Virus record (IMG/VR): IMGVR_UViG_3300007504_000003
Coordinates: 62,160-126,159 of that record
Strand: one strand, 5' to 3'
From: a virus
DNA length: 64,000 nucleotides
A model generated the notes under the pieces. It ran no database searches. It was given only the letters and a program-made list of their open reading frames with translations, and had not been told where the DNA came from. Both the position numbers and the translations under genes were made by a program. This document shows, one piece after another, positions 37,486 to 47,200 of the stretch (its first letter is position 1; each line of letters opens with the position of its first letter).

Positions 37486-37566
37486 GTGTATAGTGTGGGG
37501 GAACCGGCGTGCCGTGAGCCGGGTCCAACCGCACGGTCTTCAACCTAAAACGACGGAAGAAGACCA

Positions 37567-38040
37567 ATGGTACGCGCAAAGTTCAGGTGTTTGGACACCT
37601 CCGCCTCTTGGAGTGGAGTGCGGACGGCGATCCTCAAGCCGGTGACCCCGAAGTCGGTGTACGACAACGGGACGCCGGAAGAGGCGGAAGAAAACCGCCG
37701 GTTCTGGTCGGCATCCCCCAGCGGGGAATGTACGCTCCGCTACAGGGGCGACATGCCGTTCGTTCCTGGCTCCTATTACTACGTGGATATGGAGCTGGGG
37801 TCTCCTCAGGAGGGAGACCGGGAGTGGCGTCTCGCCTCTCTTTACTTCCGGGACGGCAACCTGGAAGTTTGCTTGAACACTCCTTGGCTCAAGGATGCCC
37901 CCGATCTTGTGGACGGGGTGTTGACCCTGGTGATCGACAACAGGGAGGCGTGGCCTCACTTCGTGAAGTTGTCTGAGGACAACATCCCTGAGGTGGGGAT
38001 TTCGTGGAGGGTGGTGTTCAGGGAAACCCGAGCCGCCTGA
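37567..38040 (+). CDS. conserved phage hypothetical protein (VRAKF type)
   Basis: MVRAKFRC...EENRRFWSASPSG...GSYYYVD. Confidence 0.6.
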   Translation: MVRAKFRCLDTSASWSGVRTAILKPVTPKSVYDNGTPEEAEENRRFWSASPSGECTLRYRGDMPFVPGSYYYVDMELGSPQEGDREWRLASLYFRDGNLEVCLNTPWLKDAPDLVDGVLTLVIDNREAWPHFVKLSEDNIPEVGISWRVVFRETRAA

Positions 38041-38475
38041 GTTTCAGCCTCCTCAAAGGAGACCACCCGGCCCCCTAGGGCCCCCCACTCTTCACCCGTG
38101 AGTGGTCTTAGGGGCCCGGGAGACCCGTAGATTGTCAGGGTGTTTCGACGGCTGGGGACGTGCGCTAAAATCCTCCGTTCTCGTAGGTGAGAGAAGAGGC
38201 TGCGATCTCCGCAGGCACTCCCGCTGGTGTTGCATCCCAGGTAGATGACGGTTTCTGCCGTCTCCAGCAACGGGGTGATCCCTCGGAGATAAGTGGGGGG
38301 CCCGGATAGTCAGATGACTCCCCGTGGGATCACGGGGAGGTCTTTGTGGAGACTCCGGATGAAATGAATGGGTCGCCCACGGCATAAGCTGGGGCTTACG
38401 GGTTCTTTGTCTACGGCGATGATTCCACGAAGGGTTTGAGAGCCTGCTTCATTTCAGGCAGGATCTTCCCGAAGC

Positions 38476-38892
38476 TCATCGGTGCTGGGGAGCCTCGCGC
38501 CAGGATTCCATGCGGTTGCCCTCGCTATCCCACACGGGGAAGTCCGGGAGATCTCCCCGGAACATCGCTCGACAGAGGCGCTCCGCATCCTCGATGGAGA
38601 TGCCCTGCATCCTGGCGAGGGGTACTCCGTCGAGAGCCCCGCGAATGCCGGAGAAGGAGCAAAAGACCCGGGCGAACTTGGAGATCGCCTCGGGGTTATT
38701 CTCGTACTCGCGATCCTCGTCGTAGGTGGTGCCGGTGAGGCACCCGAAGATGGGCCGGCTGCTCCCGGTGTAGACGAACCAGTCTCCCGTTCGGAGATTT
38801 CGCTGCTCGGGGGTGATGGCGGCGGCGAGCAGACGACGGCTTTCTTCCATCGCGGCGAAGAGTCCCTCGATGGAGTTGAAAGAGCGGATCAT
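38476..38892 (-). CDS. hypothetical accessory protein
   Basis: RBS GGAGG and TCGTATA promoter motif upstream. Confidence 0.6.
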   Translation of the reverse strand: MIRSFNSIEGLFAAMEESRRLLAAAITPEQRNLRTGDWFVYTGSSRPIFGCLTGTTYDEDREYENNPEAISKFARVFCSFSGIRGALDGVPLARMQGISIEDAERLCRAMFRGDLPDFPVWDSEGNRMESWREAPQHR

Positions 38893-38911
38893 GTTGAAAA
38901 CCTCCACTTTG

Positions 38912-38939
38912 ATATACGAGTCACCCGCAGAAATTATCC
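38912..38939 (-). promoter_or_regulatory. ECF-like promoter motif
   Basis: GGATAATTT-N11-TCGTATAT. Confidence 0.55.
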
Positions 38940-39061
38940 TTCGGTATCCGTTCTATTTTCACTCTGGAGTGTGGAATCCCCGCGAGGTCTTCAGGGGGAG
39001 CCCGATAATCCCTCTATCTAGTCGGCTTGAGTGATAAGCCCCCTACTCTGGAGATCTGGCG

Positions 39062-39685
39062 ATGGCTTTCGGACCTGCGATCACCCTCACCCACGCTGGT
39101 GCTTCTACCGGTCCCCTCTTTCTCTCCGATGTTCGGATGAGGACGGATGGACCTCACTATGCAGCGGGAGCTGCTGGTGGCGGAGGCGTCTACGTCCCTT
39201 CGGGATCCACCCGTACCCTCTTCTACTCGGGCGACGTGGCTCGTTCCTATGAGTCCGGAGCGATCCGGGGCTTCATCGATGCCGGTGAGCTGACCGTCGC
39301 CTGGGAGATCGGAACGGAGTTCGCTGACGCTTTCAGCCACACCGAGCGGTTCCAGTCTGCTATCGTCGCCAACGGGACCGAAGCCCTGGCGTGGGTTGCT
39401 CCGCACGCCCTGGAGGTTCTGTCCATCAAGGCGTATGCTGCCACCGTCGCGACGGTGGGTGCCTACACCCTCGCGGTGTCGGGTGACGGCAACAACCTCC
39501 TGGTGGGGGCCACCTTCGACCTCACCTCCATGTCGGACGCCACGGTCGAGGAGCTGTCCCTGACCGCTACTGCGGCTGACCTGACTCTGGCGGAGGACGA
39601 CGTGGTCCTGCTGTCCATCGTCAGCGACAACGCCGGTCTCGACGCCGCCAACATGGTCGTTGTGATCGAGTACGCCCACCGCTGA
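39062..39685 (+). CDS. virion structural protein (paralog A)
   Basis: aligns end to end with 39787-40413 (TDGPHY...GGGGVYVP...GDVARS). Confidence 0.7.
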   Translation: MAFGPAITLTHAGASTGPLFLSDVRMRTDGPHYAAGAAGGGGVYVPSGSTRTLFYSGDVARSYESGAIRGFIDAGELTVAWEIGTEFADAFSHTERFQSAIVANGTEALAWVAPHALEVLSIKAYAATVATVGAYTLAVSGDGNNLLVGATFDLTSMSDATVEELSLTATAADLTLAEDDVVLLSIVSDNAGLDAANMVVVIEYAHR

Positions 39686-39689
39686 TAAC

Positions 39690-39787
39690 CTATCGACCTG
39701 AGTTGATAGGGGGCTCCTTGACTCGGGTCGATAGAGTGCCTATTCGACGCCCCTGGTAGATTCACTCTCTACCAGGGGCGTCGAATA
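39690..39787 (+). promoter_or_regulatory. tandem hairpins; perfect 20-bp inverted repeat ending on the start codon
   Basis: stem 39690-39703/39721-39734; stem 39741-39760/39768-39787. Confidence 0.7.
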
Positions 39788-40413
39788 TGGCTCAGGGAAT
39801 CATCCTCAGGCTGACTCACTCAGGATCGACCTCCGATTCCATCCTGATCAGCGATATCCGTCAGTACACGGATGGACCTCACTACGCGCAGCCTGACCCT
39901 GGCGGCGGCGGGGTTTACGTCCCTGTAGGGGGGACAAGAGACCTCGTCTTCGCTGGAGATGTAGCTCGCAGTCTGGAGAGTGGTTGCATTCGCGGGATGG
40001 TGGATGGGGGCTACATCACCAGCAGCTTCGTTTTCGGGGCTGACTGGAATGCGGCTTCTATCCTCAACGAACGGCTGGAAGTCACTATCTCCGGTGGGAA
40101 CACGATCAACATCCGGTGGGTGGTCCCGGCGGACTTGACCATCTTGAAGGCCAAGGCGTACATCCAGACAGCGGCGACTACTGCCGGGGTGTACACCCTC
40201 GCTGTGGATGGGGCGGGGAACAACGTTCTGGGAGCCGCGACCTTCGACCTCACTAGTCTGGTCGCTGCGACGCCCACGGACCTGACCCTGACTTCGACGG
40301 CGGCGGACCTCGACCTCGATGAGGACGACGTGGTGACGCTGTCTGTCGTGAGCGACAACGCCGACCTGACGGGCGGCGGGCTCTTCTTCCAGATCGTCTA
40401 CGGACTGAGGTAA
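39787..40413 (+). CDS. virion structural protein (paralog B)
   Basis: tandem duplicate of 39062-39685. Confidence 0.7.
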   Translation: MAQGIILRLTHSGSTSDSILISDIRQYTDGPHYAQPDPGGGGVYVPVGGTRDLVFAGDVARSLESGCIRGMVDGGYITSSFVFGADWNAASILNERLEVTISGGNTINIRWVVPADLTILKAKAYIQTAATTAGVYTLAVDGAGNNVLGAATFDLTSLVAATPTDLTLTSTAADLDLDEDDVVTLSVVSDNADLTGGGLFFQIVYGLR

Positions 40414-40415
40414 TC

Positions 40416-41467
40416 ATGGCTGAATACGATGGCATCTTTGACGCGGTAGTCGGTGTCGCCCAGGGTGGTGCTCAGTTCTTCAAGGCGACCTGCAAGTACA
40501 ACACCGGTTCAGGCGACGTGACCGATGGTGAGACGGGGACGATTCTGGGGGAGCTATCGTCTACTTCGCTGGAACGGCGGAGGGTGACGCTGTTTACTTC
40601 GGAGCCCCCGAGCCTTTCCACTCCATGAAGGTGGAGTTCACGGCATCCGGTGACATGGGGGCGTCAGAGCCTCCCTGGCAGTTCTGGGATGGCTCAGCCT
40701 GGAGCAGTGTTGAGGTGATGTTCTCCTCATCTGCGGGGGAGCACAACGAGCAGGGAGGCCCCGGGGGCGGGGGCGGACAGGAGACCATGAGGATGGGCTC
40801 CATGACCGGGTGGTCGTCCAAGGATCTGGATGGGGAAGATCTCTATTGGGTGAGGTTCATTCTCCCCGGTGCGATCACAACTTCCCCTTCCGGGTACATC
40901 CCGACCGTCTCGACGGCGAAAAGTTTCACGAACGAGGAAGGGGTCACGGAATTCTTCGGGGAAGGTCGCCCGGTCTTTACCTTTGACCTGATGCCAGATG
41001 GGAATTCTGGGCTCGCGTCGAGTGCTATCGCGCTCTCTTCTGGGATCACGGTCTCGTTCTCCGAGGCTGTTTTCCCGGATGCGGCTTCCAGCTCCAAGGT
41101 CTTTTACGCTCGCTGTCCTGTCGGCCTGGACGCGACGGTGCCTCTGGATATCGATATCACCTTCGTATCCGATGCAGCCGCTAGCGGCGACGTGGAGTGG
41201 GATGTAACCGCTTGCCTCGTGCCCACCGATGACACCGTGATTGACGGCGCCCTTCAGGAGTTTGCGGGTTCCGTTGTCAAGTCGGTGGACGCCGCGAACA
41301 AGCTGTTCATGGCGAACCTCTCTCTTCAGGTCGGAGGTCTCTTCCCCGGAGCTATCCTGGTCCTGGAGGTGACTCGGGATGCCCAGGTGGGCAACGCCGA
41401 GGACACTTACGCGGATCAGGTCTCCCTGGTCTCCGTGGAGTGCCGCGGGACCAAGTGGAAGGTCTAA
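40416..41467 (+). CDS. virion structural protein(s): two ORFs (40416-40628, 40625-41467) or one frameshifted gene
   Basis: second frame is open from 40532; beta-rich composition. Confidence 0.5.
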
Positions 41468-41871
41468 TCTCGGAAGAAGGACCGAACGGCCCCTTCTGAG
41501 ATCCCCAGAGCCTCGCCCTCTGCCAGGAGTGCGGCTCGGTTCTCTTGGGAGCCCTGCAAGGCCAGTACGAGTTTGAAGATCCGGACGACGAAGTTGACGG
41601 TGAAGTCGTCTCGGTCGGATCTTCCGTTGGCTCCCCAGCCCCCGGTGAGGGTGGTGTAGAGGCTGAAGTACCTACGCGGGCCGGTCATCGACTTATCCCA
41701 CCGGATGTGCCCCAGGTAGGATTCGCCTATCTTCACCACGAACGTCGGCGTCACGCTGTACATGTGGTGCTGGACGTGGTTCGGCTTGTAGATGAACGAG
41801 ACCTCCTCTCCGAGCTGATCCCGGAGAGCACGGCGGACCTCATGGAAGAATTCTATGGTCTTTCGGCTCAT
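41464..41871 (-). CDS. hypothetical protein
   Basis: 135-aa ORF downstream of the PAPS-reductase-like gene. Confidence 0.55.
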   Translation of the reverse strand: MSRKTIEFFHEVRRALRDQLGEEVSFIYKPNHVQHHMYSVTPTFVVKIGESYLGHIRWDKSMTGPRRYFSLYTTLTGGWGANGRSDRDDFTVNFVVRIFKLVLALQGSQENRAALLAEGEALGISEGAVRSFFRD

Positions 41872-41881
41872 GGGGTAGTCC

Positions 41882-42997
41882 TTAGCAGGGACCGTTGGTG
41901 TGGCGGAATGCTCCGGCGGGGAGGGTCCAGCGGTCGGGAGAGACCTTCACCTGAAGTCGGTAGGGCCCCGTGACTCGCTGCTGAGCCCACGGCACCAGGA
42001 CCCGGGCGACGAAGCTCTTTCCCTTGTCCGCCTGCTCGACGACCGAGAGGGCTCGGTTGATGGTCACACCGAAGCGGCTCTCTGCGTCAGCCACGCGGCT
42101 GAACATCTCAGGGGCGATCTCTCGGATGGTCGCCCACTCGTCCTTTCCGCCGAAGATGCAGGTAGCGCAGGAGGCTCGGGAGTAGCCGAGATCGTAGCAG
42201 GGGTGGGCTCGGACGCCGGCCTCACGGATGGTCTTCCAGATCAGAGCCTCGTTCCAGTCGAGGACTGGGCGATACTGGTGGACGATCCGGGACTTCGCGG
42301 AGGCCCGGTGCCTCTCTACCCGAGCATACCGGGAGCGGGCCTTGGACTCCTCCCATCGCTCCCCGGTGATCACGAGGATCTTGGGGATGTGGGTGACCAC
42401 CACCTTGTAGCGACCGTTGATCCGTCGCCGTTCCTTGGTCGGCTGGAGGCGGGGGTCCTTTCGGATCGCCGTAGCACCCACGTCGATCTTGAGATAGGCG
42501 GAGCACCACCGGACGCTGAGGTCCGCGGACACCTGGGGGAACTTCATCCGGGTGCCGTTGGGTCCCTTCCCCCCTGTCCGCCCAATGGTGCCGTCAGGGA
42601 GCTGGTAACGGGTCGGGGCGGTGGGCTGGTTGTTTCGGTTCATCTCGCCTGCGAAGCCCCCTTCCTTCCACTGGAAGCGGATCTCCAGGCCCATCGCCTC
42701 TGCAAACGCCTTGCAGTAGGACTCCGTGACCGGCCAGTCCATGAAGGTATCGGAGCCCGGGGCTCCGTCGATGCATTGGTGCCACAGCTCCAGTCGATCA
42801 CGGGGAACCCCAGCCGCCGCCATCTGGCGGAGCATCTCGATGACACACGCCACCGAGTCCTTTCCGCCGGAGAACTGGAGCAGGATCTTGTCGTACTCCC
42901 CCAGGGGGAGCAGAGTGGCAGAGTCCGGCCGGGCGTCTTCAGACGTGATCCGCCCGGCGTTCCGGGTCCAGTTAAGGTGAGAAGGGGTCGCGACCAT
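41882..42997 (-). CDS. PAPS reductase-family (PP-loop) protein
   Basis: FSGGKDS, RWCSAYLK, GERWEES..R, HPCYDLGYSRASCATC. Confidence 0.85.
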   Translation of the reverse strand: MVATPSHLNWTRNAGRITSEDARPDSATLLPLGEYDKILLQFSGGKDSVACVIEMLRQMAAAGVPRDRLELWHQCIDGAPGSDTFMDWPVTESYCKAFAEAMGLEIRFQWKEGGFAGEMNRNNQPTAPTRYQLPDGTIGRTGGKGPNGTRMKFPQVSADLSVRWCSAYLKIDVGATAIRKDPRLQPTKERRRINGRYKVVVTHIPKILVITGERWEESKARSRYARVERHRASAKSRIVHQYRPVLDWNEALIWKTIREAGVRAHPCYDLGYSRASCATCIFGGKDEWATIREIAPEMFSRVADAESRFGVTINRALSVVEQADKGKSFVARVLVPWAQQRVTGPYRLQVKVSPDRWTLPAGAFRHTNGPC

Positions 42998-43019
42998 GAT
43001 GATTCCTCCGTTCCTTCTT

Positions 43020-43047
43020 GTATACGACCAGACCTCGGAAAGTTACC
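43020..43047 (-). promoter_or_regulatory. ECF-like promoter motif
   Basis: GGTAACTTT-N11-TCGTATAC. Confidence 0.65.
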
Positions 43048-43106
43048 CCACTTCGGTATCTGCTTTATGGTTTTCTGGGGTTGAATAGCGTGGGTAAGTT
43101 GGGTTC

Positions 43107-43391
43107 ATGAGCCGTCCTTCCACCTCTAGCCCGGCTCCCGTGGCGGATCGGTTGTACCTTACGGATTTCCGCATGGCGGGGTTCCTAGTAGCTCGGGGTG
43201 CTCGTTTTACCGGGACGGAGATAGCGCCGAATGGCGATGTGGTTTTTTCATTTCAGGATGACCAAGATCAAGCCACGGAGATTCTCAACGAATATCCGGG
43301 ATCACCGGAGCAGCGGTATGACTCCGCGGTGAAGACCATGCACGACTTTGTGAAGATGGCACAGCGTCGGAAGAGGGGTAGACGTGGGTAA
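43107..43391 (+). CDS. DUF5659-like small protein
   Basis: YLTDFRMAGFLVARG...VVFSF; similar to 54927-55169. Confidence 0.5.
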   Translation: MSRPSTSSPAPVADRLYLTDFRMAGFLVARGARFTGTEIAPNGDVVFSFQDDQDQATEILNEYPGSPEQRYDSAVKTMHDFVKMAQRRKRGRRG

Positions 43392-43506
43392 AGGCAAAGG
43401 GAACGCACGTCGGGCTCGGGCCCGACGTGAGAAAAAACGGCATCTACGCCACCTCAAGTCCAAGAAGCGGGGCCGCCCCGCGAAGTCTCGAAAGGAGTTT
43501 GTTCCA

Positions 43507-44061
43507 ATGGCTCGCAGAACCGATATCGCCTTCATTGAAGAGCAGATCGCCGCTGGGCGTTCCACTATTCAGAGCATCAACCAGAAGTATCAGGCGTACC
43601 ACGAAGAGGTGGGGGCCAAGGTGCGAGAGGTGCTGGAGGAGGCTGGGGTTTTCGAGGAGGTCAAGGCTCTGGAGACCGAGCGTGAGGAGACCCGTCAGAA
43701 GGCCCAGGCGAAGATCAACAGGATCAACGGTCAGCTCCAGCAGCTCGCGGCGACCCAGAACTTCCTCCTTCAGCGGGAGGCTGACGCTCCCGAGGTTTCC
43801 TCGGAGGAAACTTCCTCCGAGGAGGCTCTTGAGGAGACCCCGGCAGAGGCTCCCATTCCTGAGGGGATGGATGACGCCTCGGAAGAGGTTGAGATGCTCC
43901 CTGTCCCTGCCGTTGAGGACGAGGGTGAGGCTCAGGACGGGACGGATGACGAGACCCCGGCTCCAGGGACGGTCATCACTGAGATGGAGCTGATCCAGGC
44001 TCAGGTTTCTGAGGCCCGGAAGAAGAAGAAGGGTTCTTCCCCGAAGCCCCCTCAGTTCTAA
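43507..44061 (+). CDS. coiled-coil protein with acidic tail
   Basis: heptad-rich N-terminus; ATG 43507. Confidence 0.6.
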   Translation: MARRTDIAFIEEQIAAGRSTIQSINQKYQAYHEEVGAKVREVLEEAGVFEEVKALETEREETRQKAQAKINRINGQLQQLAATQNFLLQREADAPEVSSEETSSEEALEETPAEAPIPEGMDDASEEVEMLPVPAVEDEGEAQDGTDDETPAPGTVITEMELIQAQVSEARKKKKGSSPKPPQF

Positions 44062-44071
44062 AAATCTTCGC

Positions 44072-44083
44072 TAGGACCTCTAT
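44072..44083 (+). promoter_or_regulatory. putative late promoter of the fibre gene
   Basis: TAG-gacct-CTAT. Confidence 0.55.
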
Positions 44084-44244
44084 AAGGGGATCCCTATAGC
44101 GACAGCCCATCCTCCGTGATTGTCGATTGGAAGGAGGAGCGAGGACCAGCTTTCCGCTGGGCGGCCTATCCCCTCGCCTGATTGGAAGGCCCCGATGAGG
44201 GGTCCGCCCAGAACCTTCCGCACGACTTCGCGGAGAAGATAAAC

Positions 44245-47200
44245 GTGGCTAACCAGACCAATAACCTGCTCGTCATGGAGCACTCTTCCGGGGCCCCCTC
44301 CGGAATTACCCGAACTCTCGGCAGCTCGGACGACGTCGTCCTGAGCAACTACAACTCCTGGACGTTCTCCAACAACGTCGTGGACTTCGACGCCGGCCTC
44401 ACCCTGGCCGCTTCGCAGTCCATCGTCGGAGACGGAGCCCTGACCCTCTCGGGAACCAGCGGCGACCTGACCCTCTCCAGCGTCACCTCCGGAGATGTGA
44501 TCATCGATCCGGCCGGGGACGCCATCGTCAAGCTCGCGGGGACTTCCTCCAGCGACTTTTTCGAGGTTGAGGACTCCGCGGACGCCACCGTCCTGAAGAT
44601 CGCTGGTGATGGTACCGGCCAGATGGGCAAGTCGGGCGCGACTATCACCATCAGCGGCAACCTGACCGTCAGCGAGAACTTCACGGTGGACGGCACTACC
44701 ACCACCGTGAACTCGACCACCCTGGTGGTGGACGACAACCTGATCGTCGCCAACAGCGGCCCCGGTGCTTCCCGGGACGCTGGCTACATGATCCAGCGGT
44801 GGCAGGACGAGGTCAACGACGGAACCGGTGACCTCTCCAGCGACACCGCTGCGGAGACCGGAACCGCCCAGGCGGGTGCGGCGAGCACCATCACCCTGGC
44901 TGCCGGAGCCAACGCCAGCGACGACTACTACAACGGCTGGTACATCAAGATCACCAACGATACTCCCACGGGTATCCAGAACGAGATCCGCAAGATCACG
45001 GACTACGTGGGCGCGACCAAGATCGCGACCGTGAACACCGCCTGGGATGCGGGTTCTCCGACCTCTTCGACCACCTACGCTCTGCTGGACCGTCCCTACA
45101 TGGGCGTCTTCTACGACGAGTCCGCTGACGAGTGGGTCTTCGGTGCTACGGCTTCCGACCCCGGTGCCGCTGCGGTCACCATCACCGACAACGTCGCTGT
45201 TCACGTCGGCGGTCTGACCGCTGACGACGCCTCCACCTTCGCGGCGGCGGTGACGTTCTCCGGCGGTGAGAAGCTCATCTCCGGCGGCAACCTCCAGCTC
45301 AACGACAGCATCACGCTGTCCCTGGGCTCCGACGACGACCTCTCCGTGATGCACAATGGCGGCAACGCTGCTTTCATCAACACCACGGGCCACATGGCGT
45401 TCGACAATCAGGTGGCGGACAAGCAGATCCGCTTCAACCTGGGCTCCGACGACGCCAACTCCTCCTTCCGCGTGCGGAGTGATGACAACACCGTCGTCTT
45501 CCAGGTAGATGGCGGGGGTGCCGGGGCGTTCTCTGGCAGCCTGGACGTGGACGGGGCTTCCACCTTCGATCAGGTCACCATCGACACCAGCGACGGCACC
45601 TTCACGGTGAACGGCTCCGGTGCGATGGACGTGGACGTCTCCTCGGACTTCGGTGCGGGGCTGATCAACTCCGCGGGCGAGCTGCTGGTTTCCGGCGGCA
45701 ACGTCCAGCTCAACGACAACATCGTCCTCAGCCTCGGCTCGGACGACGATCTGGCGTTGAAGCACACGGGCTCCGCTGGCTCGATGGTCAACCTCACTGG
45801 CGATCTCACGGTCGATCAGCAGGCGACCACGTCCTCGATCATCCTCATGCTGGGTGACGACGCTGCGGGCTCCTCGGTGCAGTTCCAGAACAACTCCGCC
45901 GTCGCCCTGTTCAAGGTGGACGGTGATGGGGATGTGGCGGTCAGCATCGCGGGGCAGACCACGACGGTGGCCTCTGCCCTGGTGGTGGACGAGAACATCA
46001 CCCTGGGCTCCAACGCCTCGGACACCCTGACCATCAACGCGGACCTCGCCTCCAACCTGATCCCGGACGCCGATGGCACCCGGGACCTGGGTGAGGCGGC
46101 GAACGCCTTCCGGGGTCTCTACCTGGGTGAGGATGCCAACTCCGGTGCCTACTTCGGGCTCGACTCCAACTGGCGGCTCTGGTACGACGAGGGCACGGCT
46201 GACACCTTCTACATCGATGGTGCGGCTTCCAGCCCCAACACTGCGGGTACCGCGCTCGTCCTCCAGGGCTCCCACGGTGGAGCTGGTGGTGGCGGTTCCT
46301 CCGCTGGTCTGGGTGGCAACGTCACCCTCTACTCGGGTGATGGTGGTGCCGGTGCTTCCGGTGGAGCCAACAACCCGAGTGCCGGTGGCGCGATGGCTTT
46401 CCAGTCGGGCTCCGGTGGTGCCGGTGTCGCTTCGACCCACAACGGTGCGGCTGGCGGCTCCCTGAGCATCACGGGTGGAACCGGTGGTGCAGGTGCGGCT
46501 TCCCAGACCTCCGGTGCTGGTGGTGCTCTCACCATCCAGGGTGGAGACGCGGGTGCGGCGAACGGCGGCACCCAGGGGAACGGTGCGAACCTCGTCCTCG
46601 ACGGTGGGGCCGGTGCTACCAACGGTGCTGTCAACGTCGGCCCGACCAACGCGGCGTCGGTCGGCATCGGCCGCTCCGGCATCACCGCGACCGTCGCGGG
46701 TGCCCTGACGGTGACCGAGGCCAGCCAGTTCAACTCCACGGTCACCGTGGGTGTGGACGACACCGGCTACGACGTCATCTTCTACGGCGCGACCGCTTCG
46801 GCCTACATGCAGTGGGATGAGTCGGCGGACAACCTGATCCTGAACGGAGCCGCTGGCTTCACCTTCGGGACCGGCGTGGTGATCGACGACATTCTGGACG
46901 AGGACAACATGGCCTCTGACTCTGCGACGGCTCTCGCCACGCAGCAGTCGATCAAGGCCTACGTGGACTCGGCGGTCTCGGGCTCCGACCTGGACTTCGC
47001 TGGTGACAGCGGGACCGGTGCGGTGGACCTGGACTCCCAGACCTTCACGGTGGACACCGGCAACGGTCTGACCACCGCGGCGGCTTCCCAGACGCTCACG
47101 GTCAGCCTGGACGCCTCCAACAGCGTCCAGACCACCTGGACCGGCTCCAGCCACTCCGTCACCACGGCGGGCGGCATCGATCTGGTCTCCACCGAGGACG

